Assembly (NCBI RefSeq): GCF_006345805.1
Contig: NC_043001.1
Coordinates: 61,504,001 to 61,568,000, forward strand
Direction: 5' to 3'
Length of the DNA stretch: 64,000 nt
From: Octopus sinensis
Lineage: Eukaryota
Part shown: piece after piece, positions 55,850 to 64,000 of the stretch
How positions within the stretch are numbered: position 1 is the stretch's first letter
How the letters are laid out: each line of letters starts with the position of its first letter
Position numbers and translations under genes: made by a program
Notes under the pieces: generated by a model
The model's input: the letters and a program-made list of their open reading frames with translations, nothing else
Told to the model about the DNA's origin: nothing
The model's database searches: none

Positions 55850-58800
55850 CATATATAATTGTGTATATGTGTGGTGTAACTGCGTCTGTGAATCGTGTGC
55901 AATCAAAGAAATTCTATATTTATAGTCTGTTAATGCATTTGTACTTATATATGTGTTTCTTTCTTTTTGCTTGCAAATGTGCATGGCAATATACTTTAAA
56001 TATGGCTTTGTAACACTGAAAGAGAAAACGTAATGTGTAAATTGAGAGGTAGCTACTTTCTATTGATTGAATTCGAGAGTGAAGTTTAAGTGTTTATTGA
56101 ATTTGATAGCATTTCAAGAACTTTTAATTATTTTAGGAGTAATGTTTTGTTTATCCATTTTGTGCAGACTTTTGAAATGATTTAAACGCAATTAAAATGA
56201 ACGACTAGCCAAAACAGAGGGCCAGCAATAAAATATAGCGCCAACAAAAATATTAAATTCACCAAACTCGATAAACTCATTTATGTTCAATGTAAATTAT
56301 TTTCCTAATGACAATGTAGCTTTATATTCATTTTTATGATCATATGGAGGAAAAAAAGAGAGAGAACATCACTTCAAGATATAAAATGATTAAACCGAAA
56401 AATATATTGCAAAAACAAATAAATTTATAATGGTGATAGCTTAATTTATACTTTTTTTTATATCCATTCCTTAAGTACGTTTAAGTGCTGATGGACTCGC
56501 ACTAGGAAATAAATGATATTCTTTCCTGTTTAATCATAAATATTCCTCACGCTATTGCATAGCAACAAGTGATTGGAATTCTTGTACAGTTTTCAATTTC
56601 ACATAGCTGCATGCCTGGGGAAATATTATTTTTTACTGCAAACGCCATTAAAGAAGGTCGTATAGAGATAAAACTGTCCAATCAGTACCTGAATTTACAA
56701 CTTGCCACCATTGGGTTCAGCTGTGAAACTACTTAGCAGCAATGAAACACTGACAGTTTATTAAAAATAAGGAATACAGAAGCGGTTATAAAAATAACTG
56801 CTATAATTCATCAATAAAACAGAACTTGCGCACATGTTTCTTATCTTTATTGAAGTGCGGATGTATTTAAATGATTCAACGGTCGTTGCTTACAAGTTAG
56901 AACTTTCCATCCAATAAACTCTCCAATAAAATGCACGTCTACATGCATGTTCATGAACTAACGCACATAGGGGTAAGTTGGGATTAGAAAATATTAAATC
57001 GCGATAGTAACATTTATAGCGTAAACTTTGTACAATCCATTTACTTAAATGTTCCAAAAGATGTTTGAAAACGAGTCAAATTTCTTCGTATAATAAACAG
57101 TTGACTTCGAAAAATTTTCGTTTTTCAGTCCCCTAAGGAAAATACATCCCGAAAATTCTGTCAAAGCAACATTTCTCTTGGGAGCTGAAGTGATTTTAAG
57201 CAATGAAATAATGACTTTGTCGACGATTCTACTGTCATCGAAGAAGCAAATTCTAATTATAGTGAAATTATGCTTTCTGAATCAATCCTCATGATTGTTT
57301 GGTAAGCAAAGTGTAATGTGTCGAAGTATCGGTAATGCACATGTTTAAAATATGTTAATTGTAGACAATTTTAAAGAAAAAAACTATTAGTGAGAGGAAA
57401 ATGAAAAAATGTCAATATTTACTTCACAGTTTGCCAATAGAGTGATTGCGATACGTTTGCCATGTATTTTCTACTTTTCCTCGTCAACTATACGGAAGCA
57501 TATTATAAGACATGTGTAGCTTGAGGTTCTTAAAGTGCGATATTTACAATGTTCTTGCGGCATCAATTACTTTCAAATTTCTCGTCATGGAAACAGTTCA
57601 GGAATATATAAGTTTCCTAGGAAATGATAGTGAGCACATCAACATGTACAACGATTCAAAATATAGGAATATAAATATAAAGGTGTAGAAACAGTTTGAT
57701 AACACGGGTGAAGAAGCCGTTCTCTATGGACAATATATCGATGATTAAGTGGAAATTGGAACAGTGAAAGTGATACACGAGATGATTGTTGAGGAACTTT
57801 ACCGTAAGCTTATTGACAGTACAAGTGACACGTGATTAGTTCACAAAAAATATTATAAGCATCACTGAATTATATAGATCGAGATATGGACTTGAAGTCA
57901 TAAATATTGTAAAGAGTAGTCGAGATGGGAACTAGGTCAACAATGTTATTTTAAGAATCGTTTATATCAAGAAATTTTACCATCTGGGTCTGATATTTTG
58001 TTAGTTTTAAACGACTGGAAATCGCCCTTGTATTCTCTACATTTTGTAATTCTCTACATTTTTTAAGTTAATACCGTGAGAGCGGTGTTGGTATTGAAAG
58101 CAATATATCCATGCATTGCTGTGGATTTAGCAACCGGCAGGGCTGTGAACATATTTGTAAACAGGTAACACATGGCTCCTTGAACTCATTTTACAAACAT
58201 TCACAAAATACGTACTGCCGAAATGTGAAAGTCGAGAAACTCATGTGGTTTAAAATTCTATTGGTTAGTAACTACTTGGAAGTAGCCTTGCAATGGTTTC
58301 AGGTGTGGACAAAACACTTCATTTTAAATAGGAGGTAAAGTCCGTGAATAATTCCATAAATGTGTTCCTTGCTTATATAAATATACTTCACATTGCACTA
58401 CTCTTCTGGTCACGCTTTTCTTTTTATATTCTTTTACTCACTCGCGAACGAGCAATTATGTTGGTATTTTTTGTAATGATCATTTATAAAATTTGGACAA
58501 AATATACTTCACCGCAAATTTTAGTGTGAATTTGAATTCATTTGAACAGATTTTAGGCACATTTCAATTTCATTTTCAAAGATTTTATACGGAGATATTG
58601 ATTTAAAAGCCAGTGACTAATAGAAGAAGTTTAAGTTAGTGTAAAAAAGAATTCATCCTATCTTGCAGTGTAACAGTACACTAAACCGCAAAAGAAACGC
58701 GATTTTTCAAACGTCATTTTTATATGGTAAATTCTGAAACTTTATTTCAGGGATGTAAGTATAATATTCCAAGACATACTGGTTTATGGCTGAGACCCAA

Positions 58801-59049
58801 ATCGCAGGCAGCCTTCCAACTTTCCCTGAAACGAGACGCCAAAACACGGCTTCGCTGAAAGTTGTGAGTGGCAGTCGCAAAAAATTGTCATGAAAAGTGA
58901 AATGCACGTACATCTCGTCGAGGTTATGGGTATAAAAATCAACTTAAGCCGCGTTCCTGGCATTCAAAATTTGTCCGCCAAGAATTAGTGTCGTTATTTA
59001 CGGTCAGTATCACTTGTTTTCTTGTTATATTACGGTTGTTGAATTGTTG

Positions 59050-60770
59050 AACATTGTTATTATGTGTGTTGTTAAAACACCATTGTTTTACCGCTTTGCG
59101 ACGATCCTGTTATCCTTTTCCCCTTGTTTGAGGGGGAGGGGTATGCTTGTTTTTGAAAATGGATTTCGATTATGAAAGGTTGACTCTTTCTGATTCGTCA
59201 GAAAGTGAAATGGTGGGGTCTATGGTTAATATGGAGAAGGAGATGTCAGGAGAAACGAGGAGAAAAAACGAAAAAAGTGTTTAAAAGTCTTGCGGCTGCA
59301 ACAGGCGCTGTGAAGGAGGATGTAACATCGAAGGTGCAGGACGTGAAAAGGTATAAAAACATGAGGAAGAAGGAGTATATAAATGAACTGACCCCTCCTA
59401 GTGAAATGTCACAAGATGTGCTGGCAAATATGGTGAGGTACAAGGCATATTTGATAAAGGAGAAAAAATCGACGCGGCAAAGAGGGATCAAATCAAAAAG
59501 TGCTTGAGACCCATCTGGACGGAGATCAAGTACCTGGCCAGGGGTAACAAGTATGTGACAGTAGAGGTACGATTTCACACAGAGGAAAGTGCCAGGCAGC
59601 ACTCCGTGGCCGCACTGAAGATAGACGAGATGATATTACTAACAACTTACCTTAAAAGGCGCGCTTCCAAGTGAAGGGTAGAGGAAATCCGACCGAGATG
59701 GACGTTGCTTGGCTGGTGGCAGCTATAACATTAAGCCTGGAGGAAAGAATATCAATCCCCCAAGCAACAAGAATACCAACTCAGAATTGGCTGGGCAGAT
59801 ACTAGAAATGATTGTTCAGTCTGCTCCAGATGATCTAATTAGCATCACAGACACCATTTTGGTGTATGAATAAAGGTTGAGGTTTGTGGTGGAGGGCAGG
59901 GGACCTTGTTGTTTCAAGTGTGGCCTCGTAAAGGCACCAGTGATCCCACCAGAGATGAAGGAAATCGCGCATCCGCAGCCTGCAATGACAAATGGGGAGA
60001 AAAAGAAGACAAGTAACGAATCAAAAGAGAACGAATGGTCGACGGTTGCTAAGAGAAAGAGGAAAAAGAAGATCCCCTCCCCTGAAACTAGCCCATCCCC
60101 TACCCCCATCCTTTCCTAACTCTACCCCACTCTACCCACCCTACTCCTGCAGAGACCAGCCCTGGTTCTGCCCCAACAGTCATTGACCCCAACACCGCCC
60201 CTACAAATTTACAAACATACAACCAGGAGCAGCAAAGTCCCCATCACCCTCCCACAAAACGGCGTTCATATTTATGTCGTTTCAGAGGCAAAATAGATTG
60301 AAAAAGGATAAAAAATATGAAAACAGTAAAAGAGTAAAGAGTAAACAGTAATAAGGGTGAACACGCCTGTCGGGGACTTTTCCCCACATATGAGATGTGT
60401 ACTCATCGAGGGGGAAAGCTACCGTGTGTTGAGTGACATGCGTGAGTGGACCTTTGGTGTGGAAGTACTGAGTGATTCGCCGCCTCTAGTCATTGACTAC
60501 ACTGCGTTGATCAAACTAGAGGTCGTGATTTGACTGTTTTCTTTTTTTTTTACACATTTAGAAAAAGAGACTCAAACTAGAAACGTTTTTCTAAAAAAAA
60601 AGTTCAATGAGGCCACTTGGGATGTGGGAATGGAGTGGTTGGCATTTCCCCTTTCATTTTTTCCCATTTCATCGTTTTTCATTCGTTTTTCCCCCACTTT
60701 GTGTTTTCGTCTGTCCTTATATTGTCTACTCTGTATTTAAACCCTCTGTGGTCAGTAAAGAATAAATTCA
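59050..60770 (+). mobile_element. ORF1-only L1/Tx1-derived element (HAL1-like) nested in the Tc1 leader
   Basis: Decayed gag-like ORF: TVEVRFHTEESA, VVEGRGPCCFKCG (degenerate zinc knuckle) and WSTVAKRKRKKK, with a stop near 60532. About 240 nt then end in aaaccctctgtggtcagtaaagaataaa, resembling the Tx1-like 3' ends. No EN/RT. Boundaries are approximate. Confidence 0.6.
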
Positions 60771-60789
60771 TAATTTGAACGTAACAGGT

Positions 60790-61809
60790 ATGACCCAATT
60801 GTTAACAGCGCAGAGAGAACAAGCAATCGGTCGATTACAAGCAGAGCAGCGTCGCCTGGTTGTTGCGAAAGCTTACAATGTCCATGTCATCACCATCTAC
60901 TGCCGGCAACAACGATACAACACCAACAACACTGCAGACCGTGCTCGCAGAGGGCGACCTAGTGTGACCACGCCCAGGCAGAACCGCTTCATCCACCTAC
61001 AGTACTTCCGTGATCGCTTCAGATCGGCCAGCGTGACAGCTCGCGAGACCATTGGCACTGGACAGTGACCCATCAGCGACGACACGGTACGAGGTCGACT
61101 GGCTGCTAAGAACCTGCGTTGCCGTTGTCCTGCTCAAGGGCCTGTCCTGACCGCCTACAAACGTCAAGCACGCCTACAGTTGGCTGCACAGCACCGACGT
61201 TGGCAGCATCAACAATGGAAGTCGACAGTCTTCTCTGACGAGATCCGATACTGCGTTTCCACCTCGGATGGCAGAGTAATGGTGTGGCGTAGGAGGGGTG
61301 AACGCTATAGAGACGCATGTGTTGTGGAGGGAGACGCGCGTGAGCTGGCCAAAGCATCATGGTTTGGGGTGTTATAGGCCTGAATCAGAGAATTGGGCCC
61401 CATGTTTTCCAAAATGCTGGCGCAGGCAGACGGAATGGCATCACAGCGCAGCGCTACGTTGACCAGATCCTAAGACCTCACATCGTGCCCTTCTTCGCGC
61501 CTCACCAAAGCCAATGCTCCCTCCCACACAGCCAGGGTCACCATGGACTTCTTCTGTCAGTACAAGATCAGAACCATGCCGTGGTCGGCTTTTAGCCCGG
61601 ATTTGAACCCAATTGAACCCCGGTGGGATGAAATCCAGAGACGGCTGAACCAGGAGGTCCCAAAGTCGACAAGTCGTGTGGAACCGGAAACTGCTTTCCT
61701 CAGGGTGTGGGCACAGGTGCCAACGACTTTTGTGAATCGCCTCATGCACTTCATGTACCGACAGTGTATGGCCGTTTTGAACACCCAGGGAGAGTATAAA
61801 CAGTATTGA
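60790..61809 (+). pseudogene. Tc1-like transposase pseudogene
   Basis: MTQLLTAQREQAIGRLQA...RGRPSVTT (HTH), VFSDE, VMVW, (A)NAPSH and WSAFSPDLNPIE with 34-residue spacing. The second D is mutated and there are stops and frameshifts. Confidence 0.9.
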
Positions 61810-62149
61810 ACATGTCACATACTACAATCTAGATGTGGTGGATCTGCCCACTACCAGAACACATGACAACCACCCATAGACTGTGGCTCAAGTGCATCCA
61901 AGAAATTGACTTCATCAGATTTATCAAAATTTATCTCTGACTAAATGAAATTAAAACATATTTCACAGTCACTCACGTCTCGCATTTCTTTTGCGGTTCA
62001 ATGTAGTGAGTATACATATACCTGATGGCTGTAGTAAGTTGCTGTCGAAATGAGTGCACAGTCACTCGTTTATATTCATTTGATATAAATGTGTAACAAA
62101 ACTAGCCCTTTGCATCATCAATAATAGATCTAATCAAATAGAACGTTAC

Positions 62150-62600
62150 CGATTGGATGAGCCGAGCGTTCCACAGTGGACGCGGAGTAACAACGACCAC
62201 TCATGCAGATCATACATAGATAGGGTATTCGTTAGAGAAGGAGATAAGTATACCTTTAGTCGTCCACAGTTTTGTATTGTGCCTTACACGGATCACAACC
62301 TTGTGACGTGTGAGGTACATGTAGATAAATGTCATAGACAGGGACCCGGGTACTGGAAGATGAACAAGTATATTTTGACGTGTGAAGCCTTTCGTACCCG
62401 GATTATTATGTTAGTACAGAGGGCATAATGAGGCGCCATCATTAATAATAGATGGTGGCACGCCCTCAAAGGAACCATCCGTTTGGAGTCCATTAGATTT
62501 AGCAAGCAGCTAAGTTTAGACAGGACGAGAATAGAGACGATTTGGTTAAGAACTTAAACGAGCGATGGAATCTAGCTAGTTAACTATGTACAGTTGCATC
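62150..62600 (+). mobile_element. L1/Tx1-like ORF2 fragment (end of APE endonuclease)
   Basis: SYIDRVFV...TDHNLV...QGPGYWKMN, homologous to 31275-31682. Confidence 0.8.
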
Positions 62601-62699
62601 CGATAAAATAACGAGCAGAGGAGCGATCTCCTAGCGACACGGATGTCGATGGGTTTAAATACCCGTAACTAAAAGGGACCGATAAAATAAGTATTAGCC

Positions 62700-62805
62700 T
62701 TTAAAAAATAACTCCTGGCGTCTCTTTGTTTGAGTAAAATCCTTCGAGATTTGCTCCAGCATGGCCACAGTCAAATGACTGAACAAGTAATAGAATAAAA
62801 GAATA
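62700..62805 (+). mobile_element. SINE family A 3' end fragment
   Basis: gctccagcatggccacagtcaaatgactgaacaagta matches 6335-6370. Confidence 0.7.
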
Positions 62806-62959
62806 TACATACATACATACATACATACATACATACATACATACATACATACATAGATACATATAGCTGCCGAAGTAATTGTCCACTTAAGATGATAAGA
62901 TGTTCCGGGCCGAAACACGTGGTTTCCGGTTCAGTACTACTTGCGACAAGATGCCAGTG

Positions 62960-63054
<95 letters not shown>
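62960..63054. repeat. (TA)n microsatellite
   Basis: Direct reading. Confidence 0.97.
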
Positions 63055-63056
<2 letters not shown>

Positions 63057-64000
63057 GGACTAAACACATAAATGTGAAACAAGGTGGAAAGAAGAGTACT
63101 CAAATACCAGGGGTAGAGTAATATGCAGTAGAAAATTCAACAAAACCTGTTACTCTGAGTTTTACTCTGAGTTGTATATATATACAACCATTCCTTTTGT
63201 TATGCTGTTTCTGTTCACTGCACCCTTTCCTCATTCCTTGTCAGCACTCCTCCAGTAAATCATCCCTATTACATTCTGTATTTTTCTTTTCTATTTTTCC
63301 GTCTTTCCTTCTATTGTCTCCTTCCACTTGTATCGTTTTATCTCCTCCTCTATTTCTCTCACTTTTTCCCTCTGTCGTTCTCCCCGCTCTCTCTATTTAA
63401 CTTCGTCTATACTTCTAATAACTAAAACCAATAATTAATTTTCCCCAGCAACTCGAATTTGTAATTCCCAATATTATAACTAATTCCTTCGTCGTACATA
63501 ACAACCACTCACAAAGGAAGATCAGCTCATAGAACTGACACTATCTGATGAGAATCTGTATGGTGTCCGATCAACTTTTAAGAAATCTTCAAACATGTAA
63601 TCAATAGATTTATTTAAAATATCCGATACGTACTCTCTCTCTCTCTCTCGTTCTCCCTTTTCCTTATATTTACTCATCCCACTATTCTCCTGTTTACTGC
63701 TGGCTTTATGCATAAGTCAAAACATTCTCTATGATATAGAGCAATATATGAAGAAATACAGAGTCTATATTTCATCCCTTCCATTTATTATTCAGCACTT
63801 CTGTTTTCGTTGACTGCACCACCAGTCGGATTGTATTTTTCTTTGACCTTTCTTTTATTTGCCCGTAATTTTGCCTTTCAGCATACCTCATAGCACACTC
63901 TGTTTTCCACGTTTTTGATTTGTGGAGTAATATTTATGTTATCGTATTGTTTACAAGTAGTTTCAACGCTATGACATCATTAGGCTGAATAAACGATCAT

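Larger units (their letters stand above)
58677..62005 (+). mobile_element. Tc1-like (DD34E) transposon with both TIRs, interrupted by a ~1.7-kb retroelement
   Basis: Left TA-cactaaaccgcaaaagaaacgcga (58679-58702) and right tcgcatttcttttgcggttcaatg-TA (61980-62003) match at 21/24 positions. Confidence 0.9.

Noticed and set aside
61441-61818. 125-aa antisense ORF
   Set aside because: It is the reverse frame of the Tc1 transposase, with no independent motif.
62883-62925. cttaaga...gccgaaacacgtgg as a decayed hammerhead
   Set aside because: G5 is mutated, stem II does not pair and the putative cleavage base is G.

Overview
AT-rich, repeat-saturated eukaryotic DNA with no host gene I can support (no convincing exon, rRNA, tRNA gene or CRISPR). 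The SINE types and the density of TA/CA/AAT microsatellites suggest an octopus or other coleoid cephalopod genome; this is an inference from the repeat landscape. Almost all long ORFs belong to decayed transposons. These include R4/Dong-type restriction-endonuclease-like (REL) LINEs from about five families (two near full length, 45168-49248 and 51122-55215), L1/Tx1-like LINE pieces, RTE-BovB-like and CR1-like fragments, and several Penelope-like elements (mostly Naiad-type, with C-terminal GIY-YIG). There are also mariner (DD34D) and Tc1 (DD34E) DNA transposons, three tRNA-headed SINE families and fold-back MITEs. The remaining ORF-track entries are microsatellite translations. The most notable structure is a strand-polarised organisation around (AAT)n microsatellites. 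All five Dong-like 3' ends in the window, and a 540-bp non-coding, non-tRNA element present three times, run into (AAT)n on their sense strand. Tx1-like LINEs, one SINE family and an RTE end in (ATT)n and meet them tail-to-tail on shared microsatellites. Also notable are a minimal hammerhead ribozyme motif (1545-1579), an ORF1-only 'half-L1'-like element nested in a Tc1, a mariner built from two left ends, and a 230-bp fold-back flanked by outward-facing AAT tracts.
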